From Candidatus Eiseniibacteriota bacterium (lineage in GTDB: Bacteria > Eisenbacteria > RBG-16-71-46 > SZUA-252), in the NCBI GenBank assembly GCA_963703225.1, contig OY969801.1:2208001-2272000 (forward strand): 64,000 bases of DNA, written 5' to 3'. Each line of letters begins with the position of its first letter. Positions within the stretch are counted from its first letter, which is position 1. A program made the translations under genes and the position numbers. Below the pieces are notes generated by a model. It saw only the letters and a list, made by a program, of their open reading frames with translations, searched no databases and was not told the DNA's origin. Of this stretch, positions 51,997 through 61,242 are shown piece by piece.

Positions 51997-52545
51997 CTAC
52001 CTTATCGGCTCATACCGCATCGCCACCGCCCCCGAGCCGAACTCTAGCCGGCTCACGAGCTTCAAGTCGATACGCCTCGATAGCCCCGCGAACAACGTCG
52101 GCCCATGGCCCGCTAGCCTGGGGTGCACCACGAATTCGTACTCATCGATCAATCCCAGCTCCGCCAACGCCAGCGGGAGCGTCACACCCCCCGTGAATAG
52201 CCCTCTCCCCGACTCCCGCTTGAGCTTCTGAACGGCCTTGCCCAGATCCCCGCGCACGAGCTCCGCGTTCCAATCGACCCGGTCCAGGGTGCTCGACACG
52301 ACGTACTTCTTTGCCACGTCGATCGTCCGGGCGAAGGGTTCCGTCCAATCAGGCATCGCGACCGTCCGCGTCGACAGCCGCCACGCTGCCTCCATCATTT
52401 CGTAGGTCACTCGGCCAAAGAGGAGGGCATCGGCCTGGGCGATGTTCTCGACCGCGTGGCGGTGCAGCTCTTGGTCCGCGATCCCCACACGATGATCGCA
52501 GCACCCGTCCAAGGTGACGTTGATGGAATACCGAAGGGGTCGCAT
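51997..52545 (-). CDS. Dihydrofolate reductase family (RibD C-terminal-like) protein
   Basis: NVTLDG, LLFGRVTYEMM...W, KYVVSSTL, LIDEY...VHP...G.G..LF. Confidence 0.9.
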   Translation of the reverse strand: MRPLRYSINVTLDGCCDHRVGIADQELHRHAVENIAQADALLFGRVTYEMMEAAWRLSTRTVAMPDWTEPFARTIDVAKKYVVSSTLDRVDWNAELVRGDLGKAVQKLKRESGRGLFTGGVTLPLALAELGLIDEYEFVVHPRLAGHGPTLFAGLSRRIDLKLVSRLEFGSGAVAMRYEPIR

Positions 52546-52722
52546 TACGCAAGAGTACCGCCGATAGGGTGGACGAACAAGGTAGCCCGCTTCAGGGCTA
52601 GGAGCCACTCACGTAACGCATGACGATGACAATTTGAGAGTGGACCGTCCGAACTACTTGTACAGCGATCATGCGATGCGCCTCGTCGGATCGGCGTGGG
52701 CGCACCGCGGTTTGGCGCTTCC

Positions 52723-52774
52723 TGTGACCGAATTGTGACCACTTGAGCGCCCTCTCCTGCCCTCACGTGTCCCC
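52723..52774 (+). repeat. 52-bp direct repeat, right copy
   Basis: 48/52 identical to 51939-51990. Confidence 0.88.
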
Positions 52775-52937
52775 TTCTGACCAAAGAGAAGCGCCTCGGA
52801 AGTTGAATGCCTCCAAGGCGCTGAATGACCTGCGGACGTAAACCAGTTTCCCGGCTGGTGACCGCGGGCGTCTGCTCTGGCCTGCGCGCCGGGACCAGCG
52901 TACGCTCGTACCGCCAAGGCCCGATAGGGAGGAAACC

Positions 52938-54167
52938 GTGGACCGTCCGGAATACGACGCCATCGTCCTGGGCGCGCGCTGCGCGGGCGCGCCCACCGCC
53001 ATGCTCCTCGCTCGCCGGGGTTACCGCGTCCTTGCCGTGGACAAGGCGACCTTCCCCAGCGATACAGTCTCCACCCATCTGGTCCATCCTCCTGCCATCG
53101 CGGCCCTAGAGCGCTGGGGCCTTCTCGATCGGGTGGTCGCGACCGGCTGCCCCGCCATCGAGACCTACACCTTCGATCTGGGACCCTTCGCGATCACCGG
53201 CCGGCCGGGAACGAGCGAATTCCCAGCCGCGTACGCGCCGCGCCGGACGGTGCTGGACAAGATCCTGGTGGACGCGGCCGCGGGCGCCGGAGTTGAGGTG
53301 CGCGAGGAGTTCACGGTCGAGGGGGTCCTGCAGGAAGACGGCTGGGTCCGCGGGATTCGAGGTCATGGAAAGGACGGGAAGCCCGTCGAGGAGCGCGCCC
53401 GCGTGGTGGTCGGCGCGGACGGCCGTGGGTCCATGGTGGTCAAGGAGGTGCGCCCCGAGACCTATCACGACAAACCGCCCGTCTTCGTCGGGTACTACAG
53501 CTATTGGAGCGGACTCCCGATGGAAGGACGGCTCGAGGGATACATGCGGCCCGACCGGTCCTTCGCGGCCTGGCCGACGAACGACGATCTCACCCTTGTC
53601 ATCGCGGGCTGGCCCTACGCCGAGCTGGAGCGAAACAAAAAGGACATCGAAGGGAGCTACCACAAGACGATCGACATGGCGCCCGCCTTCGCGTCCCGGC
53701 TGCGGTCGGCCAAGCGGGAGGACCGTTTCGTTGGAATGGCGGTGCCGAACTATTTCCGGAAGCCGTTCGGGCCCGGCTGGGCCCTCGTGGGAGACGCGGG
53801 TTACAACCGGGACTTCATTACCGCGTTTGGGATCATGGACGCGTTTCACCAGGCGGAGCTCTGCACGACCGCGCTCGATCGGTTCTTCGGCGGCTCCGCA
53901 ACCTATGAGGCCGCCATGGGCCAGTATCAGTCCGCTCGCGACGAGCGAGCCCTGCCGATGTACGACATGACCTTGAAGCTTGCCGCCGTGGATCAGCCTC
54001 CCCCGCCCGAGATGCAGCGTCTCCTGGCCGCGGTGCACCGGAACCCCGAGGCTTGCGATGCCTTCATCCAGCTCAACGCGGGGGTGATCACTCCGCCGGA
54101 GTTCTTCTCCAAGGAGAACGTGGAGCGCATCTTTGCCGCGGCCGGCGCGGCGAGGGTCGGTCCCTGA
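52938..54167 (+). CDS. NAD(P)/FAD-dependent oxidoreductase (geranylgeranyl reductase-like)
   Basis: GGGAGG RBS; DAIVLGARCAG, VVGADG, WALVGDAG. Confidence 0.88.
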   Translation: MDRPEYDAIVLGARCAGAPTAMLLARRGYRVLAVDKATFPSDTVSTHLVHPPAIAALERWGLLDRVVATGCPAIETYTFDLGPFAITGRPGTSEFPAAYAPRRTVLDKILVDAAAGAGVEVREEFTVEGVLQEDGWVRGIRGHGKDGKPVEERARVVVGADGRGSMVVKEVRPETYHDKPPVFVGYYSYWSGLPMEGRLEGYMRPDRSFAAWPTNDDLTLVIAGWPYAELERNKKDIEGSYHKTIDMAPAFASRLRSAKREDRFVGMAVPNYFRKPFGPGWALVGDAGYNRDFITAFGIMDAFHQAELCTTALDRFFGGSATYEAAMGQYQSARDERALPMYDMTLKLAAVDQPPPPEMQRLLAAVHRNPEACDAFIQLNAGVITPPEFFSKENVERIFAAAGAARVGP

Positions 54168-54220
54168 GGTCGATGGGCCAGTTGCCTCGTGGCGGCGACC
54201 CTGTTAGCCTAGGAACCCTC

Positions 54221-56296
54221 ATGAATCGATTTGTCCTCTTCGTGACCGCCCTCTGCGCCTCCGTGCTTGCCGGCGTCGCCTTCGCGGCGCCGGAGATCCC
54301 GCCGTGGGGGCTCAATCTCGAATACCTCGATCGCTCGGTCCAACCGGGCGACGACTTCTACAGCTATGCGAACGGCGGATGGCTCAAGACGGCCCAGATT
54401 CCCCCGGATCGGCCGGCCGCAGGCGCGGGCTTCGACATGGTGATCCGGAACGAAGGGCGCATGAAGGAGATCGTGGCCGACCTCCACTCGCGTCAGGATC
54501 TCACCGCCGAGGAGACGAAGCTCCGCGACCTCTACGACGCCTTTACCGATACGACCCGCATCGATTCGCTTGGAATGAAGGCCGTTTCGAAGGACCTCGA
54601 GCGGATCGCTTCGATCCAAACGCTGCAGGGCGCGGGCCAGGTGATGGGCGACCCGTCCTTGCATCTGCGGGTGCCGTTCGCGGCCGTGATCGGCGTGGAC
54701 GACAAACATCCGGATCGTTACACGGTGTTCGTCACGCAGTCGGGACTCGGGATGCCGGACCGCGACTACTACCTACGCGATGATAAGAATCTCGCCGCGA
54801 CCCGCGACGCATACAAGAAGTATCTCGAGCAGATGCTCGCCCTGGCCGGGGTGAAGGACGCGGCGGCGCGCGCGGGCAAGGTGTACGCATTGGAGCACGA
54901 CATCGCGGTCGCCTCGTGGCCCGCGGCCGACCGGCGCGACGCGGTCAAGATCTACAACCCGATGCCGCTGCCCGAGCTCATGAAGCTCGCTCCCGGCTTT
55001 CCATGGACGCCGTACTTCAAAAGCTTGGGCATTCCGCTCAGTTCACCCGCGGGAGACCGCGAGGTCATCGTGGCGGAGAAGAGCGCGTTCCCCGCGATCT
55101 CGAAGATCGTCATGGCCACACCGGTCCCGATCTTGCGCGACTACCTTACCATCCGGTACCTCAGCAGCTTCGCCGCGTGCCTCCCCCAATCCGTCGACAG
55201 CACGGAGTTCGCCTTCTTCGGAACGGTCGTCCAAGGGCGCGCCAAGCAGCTCGATCGGCAGACCCGCGGCGCCCGCCTCCTCGACACGCAGATGGGAGAG
55301 GCGCTCGGAAAGATCTACGTCCAGAAGTATTTCCCGCCCGAGGCCAAAGCCAAGATCCAGGCCCTGGTTCAAAACCTCCTTCAGGCGTTCGAGGAGGACT
55401 TGAAGACCATGACCTGGATGACGGACACGACGCGGACGCAGGCGCTCGACAAGCTGCATCGTTTCACCGTGAAGGTGGGATATCCGGACCAATGGCGCGA
55501 CTATTCCGTCCTATCGATCGACCGGAACGACCTGCTTGGCAGCGTGAAGAACGCGTTCGCGTTCGAGTCGAATCGGAATGTGGTCCGTCTCGACCGTCCG
55601 GTGGACCGGTACGAATGGGGCATGACCCCCCCGACCGTGAACGCGTATAACAATTCCTCGATGAACGAGATCGTCTTCCCCGCCGGGATTCTCCAGTCAC
55701 CGGATTTCGACCCCGCTGCGGACGACGCGGTCAATTACGGCGCCATCGGCTCGGTGATCGGGCACGAGATCAGCCACGGCTTTGACGACCAGGGTTCCAA
55801 ATACGACGGAGCGGGCGTTCTTCGGAACTGGTGGACGGACGCGGACCGGAAGGGCTTCGACGAAAAGACCAGCGCCCTCGCGGCGCAGTACGACAGGTAC
55901 GAGGGTCTACCGGGGCTCCACGTGAACGGGAAGCTGACCCTCGGCGAGAACATCGCCGATCTCGCGGGGCTCGTGGTGGCGCACCGCGCCTATCGGATTT
56001 CCCTCGGCGGCAAGGAAGCCCCGGTGCTCGACGGCCTGACCGGGGACCAGCGGTTCTACCTTGCGTTCGGCCAACACTGGCGGGCCAAGGTGAGGGACGG
56101 AACGCAGCGCCAGCGGATCCTCTCCAACCCCCATAGCCCGAACGAATTTCGCGTCAACGGAGTCGTCCGAAACGACGACGGCTGGTACGAGGCCTTCCCC
56201 GAGGTCAAGCCTGGCTCCCGCTACTACCTCCCGCCGGAGCAACGCATCCATCTCTGGGGATCGGCTGAACACAATCTCTACCTCGAGCCACGCTGA
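54221..56296 (+). CDS. M13 family metallopeptidase (exported)
   Basis: Signal peptide, PGDDFY.YANG.W, VNAY, HEISHGFDDQG, GENIADL. Confidence 0.95.
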   Translation: MNRFVLFVTALCASVLAGVAFAAPEIPPWGLNLEYLDRSVQPGDDFYSYANGGWLKTAQIPPDRPAAGAGFDMVIRNEGRMKEIVADLHSRQDLTAEETKLRDLYDAFTDTTRIDSLGMKAVSKDLERIASIQTLQGAGQVMGDPSLHLRVPFAAVIGVDDKHPDRYTVFVTQSGLGMPDRDYYLRDDKNLAATRDAYKKYLEQMLALAGVKDAAARAGKVYALEHDIAVASWPAADRRDAVKIYNPMPLPELMKLAPGFPWTPYFKSLGIPLSSPAGDREVIVAEKSAFPAISKIVMATPVPILRDYLTIRYLSSFAACLPQSVDSTEFAFFGTVVQGRAKQLDRQTRGARLLDTQMGEALGKIYVQKYFPPEAKAKIQALVQNLLQAFEEDLKTMTWMTDTTRTQALDKLHRFTVKVGYPDQWRDYSVLSIDRNDLLGSVKNAFAFESNRNVVRLDRPVDRYEWGMTPPTVNAYNNSSMNEIVFPAGILQSPDFDPAADDAVNYGAIGSVIGHEISHGFDDQGSKYDGAGVLRNWWTDADRKGFDEKTSALAAQYDRYEGLPGLHVNGKLTLGENIADLAGLVVAHRAYRISLGGKEAPVLDGLTGDQRFYLAFGQHWRAKVRDGTQRQRILSNPHSPNEFRVNGVVRNDDGWYEAFPEVKPGSRYYLPPEQRIHLWGSAEHNLYLEPR

Positions 56297-56916
56297 GGCA
56301 AGCACCGAAAGGGCCGCCACCTTTGCGATAAGAGCAGCCGGTAGATCGCGAGCTTGAGGAGTTCGCCCGTTACATAGCTCCAGCCCGCTACCGATTGCGG
56401 CCAGTCGTCGCGTCGAATCCCCGAAGCGCTCTCGGGCACCGACGTATAGGCGACGCGCACCGGAAGGTCCTTGAGCGCGTGCCGCAGGGCGAGGCGCGTC
56501 CGGCGTAGATGGATCGAAGTGGAGACAACGAGAACGGATCGGTACCCCTTCGAGCGGACCTCTTCGGCCAAACCCAGCGCCTCTCGTAGCGTACCCAGGA
56601 AGTGAGTTGGAAGGAAACGCGCGGACACGCCGTCGGGGTGGACGGTCACGAAGAAATGGCGGTGTCGGTAATGGGTATCCTGGACGAGTCGTGTGAGCCC
56701 GCCGTCATCGGGCAAGCCAAGCTCGGAAAAGCGCCGCCATTCAAATCGCCCGACGCTCAGAATTAGGGCCGGGGCGAATCCTCTCCCATACAGCTCAAGC
56801 CCATATCGCTTGCGCTCCGGACGGCCGGCGAGCACGAAGATCGCGTCCGATGGAACCGGCGCCTCGGGGACGGAGAGGAAATCAAAGAGGGGCGCGAGAA
56901 GTCGGCTCACCCTCAA
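56278..56916 (-). CDS. YdcF/DUF218 family protein
   Basis: DAIFVLAG..ER, T..EA, VVST..HLRR, E.LKL. Confidence 0.8.
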   Translation of the reverse strand: MRVSRLLAPLFDFLSVPEAPVPSDAIFVLAGRPERKRYGLELYGRGFAPALILSVGRFEWRRFSELGLPDDGGLTRLVQDTHYRHRHFFVTVHPDGVSARFLPTHFLGTLREALGLAEEVRSKGYRSVLVVSTSIHLRRTRLALRHALKDLPVRVAYTSVPESASGIRRDDWPQSVAGWSYVTGELLKLAIYRLLLSQRWRPFRCLPQRGSR

Positions 56917-57512
56917 TCGAGTGAATCAGACCGCTCCGCGGCCTTTGCCGCCGCCTGTCTCTCGGCCACCTTGGCCCTCTCCTCGCGAGCGCGCTCGACG
57001 GTGATATAAGTGACAGTATCCCAGGCATTGTGGATCCCGATGAACACCAGCAATAGCGCGGCGCCGCCGACCACGTACAACAAATCACCGCGGGTCCGTG
57101 TGAGCTGGATGCCGGCGTGGACCAAGGCGGCGTAGGTGAGCATGGGCAGGGCGGCGTGCCAGATCCAGTCCTCGAGGACAGGGTGATAATCGCGCTGGCG
57201 CATCGCGCGCCTCAGGACCACGACCGAATAGACAAAGCCGCAGGCCCCGCAGAGCGCGGCGGCGACTCCCGGCGGCCCCAGGCCATGCCACGGAGCGGCA
57301 AAGATCGCCGAGATGAGCAGAGCCGCGCAGAAGTGGACGACGTTTGGACTGCCGAAGGCCGCCAGGCTCTCTCCGCTGCCGCGGATCGCGCCGGATTCGG
57401 TGATCAGCGTCAGCACGACGAACTGTAGACCGGTCAGCGCTCCGGCCGAGGAACCGACGATCACATAGAAGCTCTCCCACGCCCTGAGCGTGGACAGCGC
57501 CGTCTCATCCAT
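56913..57512 (-). CDS. Conserved hypothetical membrane protein
   Basis: W..FY...G..AGALTGL.FV start, about six TM segments, GIHNAWD. Confidence 0.8.
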   Translation of the reverse strand: MDETALSTLRAWESFYVIVGSSAGALTGLQFVVLTLITESGAIRGSGESLAAFGSPNVVHFCAALLISAIFAAPWHGLGPPGVAAALCGACGFVYSVVVLRRAMRQRDYHPVLEDWIWHAALPMLTYAALVHAGIQLTRTRGDLLYVVGGAALLLVFIGIHNAWDTVTYITVERAREERAKVAERQAAAKAAERSDSLD

Positions 57513-57752
57513 TCTTCAACGTCCCTCCGCTGTCCAGGTCCAGCGTCATCTCGATCATCGTCGGTCGAAAACCCAGCGCGGCGAAAAGGTGATGCGCGTG
57601 CTCGTTCCGGGTCTTGGTCAGGAGCACCACCTGGGAGCGGCCCTTCGAGCGGATCCACGCAAGTAGCCGCGCGCATCAACGCGTGCCCTGCGCCGAGGCG
57701 CCGTGCGGCTTCCTCCACGTAGACGTCGTGCACGACCCCGCATGGCCCGCGG
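57505..57752 (-). pseudogene. GNAT acetyltransferase C-terminal remnant with frameshift
   Basis: VHDVYVEEAARRLGAGHALM / AWIRSKG..VVL....NEHA..LF..LGFRPTMIEM; no N-terminal half seen. Confidence 0.7.
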
Positions 57753-57877
57753 TAATTCACGCGTGGCACTCACCGGCAATGAAGCCGGTAGAGCGCAAGC
57801 TTGAACCCCCGGTGACGCGAATAGCGAACGGGCCGGGAGAACTGCCCCGGCCCGCTTTGGTTCCATGGAGAGATGGC

Positions 57878-58333
57878 CTACATCACCAAGCTCCCCGTCC
57901 GGAGCAGATACGCGAGCCTTCCCCGTTGGTCGGGGCTCAACAATGCGTGCATGCGCTCCACCGACTCGACAACCTTCCGTTGGACCCGCTCGGCGCTCTT
58001 CGCCCGAAGCGTCCCGGCTTCGTCCGCCTTGGCACGATCGAACGTCTCACCCTCGGCGGCTTCGGCCAGCAGGCTCACGGCGCGGCGGTCGTCCACTTCC
58101 GACTGCGCCCGCTCGATCTTGAGCTGATCCAAAATCGCGGCGAGCTGCTTCACCTGGGAATCGTCGAGCTGGAGCTTCCATGCCAAGAAACGAAGTGGGC
58201 GGCGGACGCCCATGCCGGGCATTTGTGAAAAGCCCGGGAAGTGGTGGTGCGCGAAGTGCATGAAGGGTTGGCTCGCGCCCCAAGAACGGGGACCACAGTG
58301 GGCGCGCGCCGCGTATACGGCGGGATGGCACAT
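57878..58333 (-). CDS. Spy/CpxP-like (LTxxQ) helical protein
   Basis: RRPLRFLAWKLQLDDSQ..., LSPDQR; GAGGAG RBS. Confidence 0.72.
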   Translation of the reverse strand: MCHPAVYAARAHCGPRSWGASQPFMHFAHHHFPGFSQMPGMGVRRPLRFLAWKLQLDDSQVKQLAAILDQLKIERAQSEVDDRRAVSLLAEAAEGETFDRAKADEAGTLRAKSAERVQRKVVESVERMHALLSPDQRGRLAYLLRTGSLVM

Positions 58334-58491
58334 GGACTTCTCCTCCTCTCGCCGGGGATTGCTCACGCCCGGCGGATCGTCATGGCGCGGGCACCATGCC
58401 TCGCGTCGTACCGAATTGTATCACACATTTCTGGCCTCCCCGGGTGGCTCAGGGCCACCCGGAGGCCGGCCAGCCGTGGGGAATCGTCCCC

Positions 58492-59347
58492 TTACGTCAT
58501 GAGAATGACGATGTGCCTGATCTTGCGAAACTCCTTGGGGTCGACGATGCGCAGCTGGACCATGTCCTTTCCCACGGGCTCAAGCACGTAGCTCGACACC
58601 GGCTGCGCGCTCAAGACCTGGGCCTTCTCTGACGGGATGCGGATGACGGTTTCCTGATCCGTATCCAGAGCGATGAACGCCGCCTCGTCGAATTGGCCCG
58701 AGGGCTTCAGCGTCTTCCCGAGACCGAGGACGCCTCCCTCCGACTCGATGACGCCAGCCTTGGTGAGCTCCTTCTTCGATGCCCATCGTGTAATAGACCG
58801 TCGCGAGCTCCACCTGCCTTTGCGTGATCTCTTGCTGCTTGGTCTCGACCTCGGTGGAGAGGCCCGAAACCTGACCCTGCAGGGTATCTACCTGGCTGGA
58901 GAGCTGGGCGATCTGCTCTTCCTTCTCGATCACCGACTTCTTGAGCCCATCGATCATCTTCTCCATGCCCGCGATCTTGACGCCGTTCCTCTTCAGCCTG
59001 CTATCGAGGACCTGGATCCGCTCCTTGGTGCGCTCGATGGCTCCCTTGAGCGTGGCGATGCGCTCGAGCACTTGGTCGTGGACGGTCCCCGGCGCTTCCA
59101 CCTCGCGCTGGCCACGGGCGGGAATGGCCTGCACGGCCTCCTCGCCCAGGACGATGGCGTTCAGGCTGTCCTGAATCACCGCGATCTCGTTGATCGCCGC
59201 GCCGTAGCGCATCTGGGTACTCTCGCTCTCAGCCTTCATCTCCGCGAAATTCTCGACGGATTTTCGGTACTTCGAATACGACACGACCGTAGCGCCCATC
59301 AGCAGGACGCTGATCAGGCCTAGCACCAAAATGGGAACTCTACGCAT
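58492..59347 (-). CDS. Membrane-anchored coiled-coil protein, frameshifted near 58780
   Basis: AGGAGG RBS, TM plus long coiled coil; removing one base gives YYTMG.KKELTKAGVI..GGVLGLGK...IVDPKEF to a stop at 58492. Confidence 0.72.
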
Positions 59348-59454
59348 GAATCCACCTCCTTATCGGTGCGGCCCGTCTTCGGCAGGCGGGTCGCCTGTGG
59401 ATGGACTGCGGGGTGCTCGACACCCGGTCAGACCCCGGCCCGGGTTCGTAGGTG

Positions 59455-59469
59455 GCAAGACAAATGCCA
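59455..59469 (-). promoter_or_regulatory. Putative sigma54 promoter
   Basis: TGGCAT-TTGTC-TTGC with correct -24/-12 spacing, about 110 nt upstream of ATG 59347. Confidence 0.55.
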
Positions 59470-59671
59470 TCGACCGCTGGCGGCTGGGACAAGCGAGCCG
59501 AGGCGAATGCCCAAGCGATTCCGGCGCTTGTCGTTGCCGGGAGGCAGGAGAAGGCCGTTTTGCGCGGTTCGGCCCTGGTTCGGCGGCACGCCAGTTGTAC
59601 GGACAGGGACGTTCAGACCGTAGACTGGACCCCGAAGGCCACAGGGTCCGACGATCGCGGGGCCGTGAGTG

Positions 59672-60469
59672 CTAGGCGTCCTTGAGACGGCCGGACTTCT
59701 TGAGGTACCGGGCGAGAGCGTATCCCGCGACGACGAGGAGCCAGATCGGGACGAGAATCCGGGCACGGGGCGCGGCCGCATTCCATCCATGCCGGGCTGC
59801 CTTCTCCCAAATCAGAAGGGCGATCGCGGTGGTGATCCAGGTGAAGGTGGATCCATACTCTTTGCGAACCAATCGTTTCCAATGAAAGGACATGCTCCGC
59901 ATCGTCGCTCCCAGGCCTCGCAGGGAGGGGACGAAGCGGTTCACGCGCCGGCAGTAGTCCACGTACGCGAGCCCGAATTGCTTCCTCAAGAACTCTTCCT
60001 CGGCCAGCGTGATGCTCAGGTAGGCGAGAAAGAAAAAGGGAACGCCCACGAAGTAACCCAAGGTGGAGTTCAATACGATAAAGAGCCCGAGGAAGACCAG
60101 CATGTTTCCCAGGTAGAGCGGGTTCCGCGAGTGGGCGAAGAGACCGTCCTGAACCAAAGCGTCCGCGTGGATCTTCTTCCCCTTCCCACCGCGCTGGATG
60201 TACGCGAGCCCGATGACCACGGCGCGAAGCGCCTGCCCGGCCAGCGCGATCCCGAGCCCCACCGCGTCCAGCAGGAGGTCGGCCCGCTCGTTTCCGAAGG
60301 GTGCGCGCGGGTAGGAAACCGCGGCGATCGCCAGGAACGTGAGAGGAAAAATCTCGTTTCGCCAAGTGAAGAGGAAGTTCCCCACCCGGACAAATCCCCG
60401 GTGGAGCGCTCCCGGTAGCGGCGCCGCGGGGGTCACCGCGGACGGTTCCGCGGCCCCGCTCGCGGTCAC
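59672..60469 (-). CDS. ICMT/PEMT-family integral membrane methyltransferase
   Basis: LV.DG.FA.SRNPLYLG, EE.FL...FG..Y..YC..V.RF.P; GTG start overlaps the cmoA stop. Confidence 0.85.
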   Translation of the reverse strand: MTASGAAEPSAVTPAAPLPGALHRGFVRVGNFLFTWRNEIFPLTFLAIAAVSYPRAPFGNERADLLLDAVGLGIALAGQALRAVVIGLAYIQRGGKGKKIHADALVQDGLFAHSRNPLYLGNMLVFLGLFIVLNSTLGYFVGVPFFFLAYLSITLAEEEFLRKQFGLAYVDYCRRVNRFVPSLRGLGATMRSMSFHWKRLVRKEYGSTFTWITTAIALLIWEKAARHGWNAAAPRARILVPIWLLVVAGYALARYLKKSGRLKDA

Positions 60470-61242
60470 TTGGTCGCGATGATCGCGCAGAAGTTGTACC
60501 ACTTGAAGAAGACGTCCACGTGTCGGAAGCCCTGGTCCCGCAGAAGTTCCTTGTTCTCCTCGAGCCGGTAGGGGATCAGGACATTCTCGAGCGCCTCGCG
60601 CTTCCGCGAGATCTCCAGCTCGCTGTAGCCATTCTCCCTCTTCATCTCATAGTAGTGATCGATGAAGAGCCGGTTGAACGTGGAGTTCTCCCCGAGCACC
60701 TTCTCGACGAGGATCAACGCACCGTTCTCCGTCAGCCCGTCGTAAATGCTCCGGATCACGCGCTGACGGTAGAGGGGGCGGACAAATTGGAGTGTGAGCA
60801 CCATGAGCACGACGGAGGCGCCGTCGATCCGCACGCCCGCGTTCAGATCGGCGCACTCCAGCTCGAAGGGGCGGCCGAAGCCGCTCCCCGAAAGCTTTCG
60901 CCGCGCGATCTCGAGCATCTCGGGGGAGTAATCGACACCGACGTAGCGGACGTTGCGATCGCGGGGAACGGTCTGCGCGATCTGGAGGAACGTCGTCCCG
61001 GTGGAGCAGCCCAAGTCGTAGATCGCGGTCCCCTCCGCCGCGAAATCGGAGACCAGCTCCCCGATCATCTTTTGAATCTCGTCGTAGAAGGGGACAGACC
61101 GCCCCAGCATGTCGTCAAAGACGGCGGCGGTCTCTTTCCCGAAATCGAAGTCGGCGATGCGCTTCGTCGGCACGGCAAAGATCTCATCCCGCACCCCCAC
61201 CAATTCGTCCTTGGCGGGACGCGTCAGACCACGCTTATCCAT
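60466..61242 (-). CDS. cmoA: Carboxy-S-adenosyl-L-methionine synthase CmoA
   Basis: DFDF....A.VFDDML.RSVPFY, YDLGCSTG, TLQFV, K..NGYS.LEIS.KR.ALENV, W.NF. Confidence 0.9.
   Translation of the reverse strand: MDKRGLTRPAKDELVGVRDEIFAVPTKRIADFDFGKETAAVFDDMLGRSVPFYDEIQKMIGELVSDFAAEGTAIYDLGCSTGTTFLQIAQTVPRDRNVRYVGVDYSPEMLEIARRKLSGSGFGRPFELECADLNAGVRIDGASVVLMVLTLQFVRPLYRQRVIRSIYDGLTENGALILVEKVLGENSTFNRLFIDHYYEMKRENGYSELEISRKREALENVLIPYRLEENKELLRDQGFRHVDVFFKWYNFCAIIATK

Noticed and set aside
52856..52870. TGGTGACCGCGGG as a remnant tRNA 3' end
   Set aside because: Too short, no T-arm follows, and there is no matching tRNA in the window.
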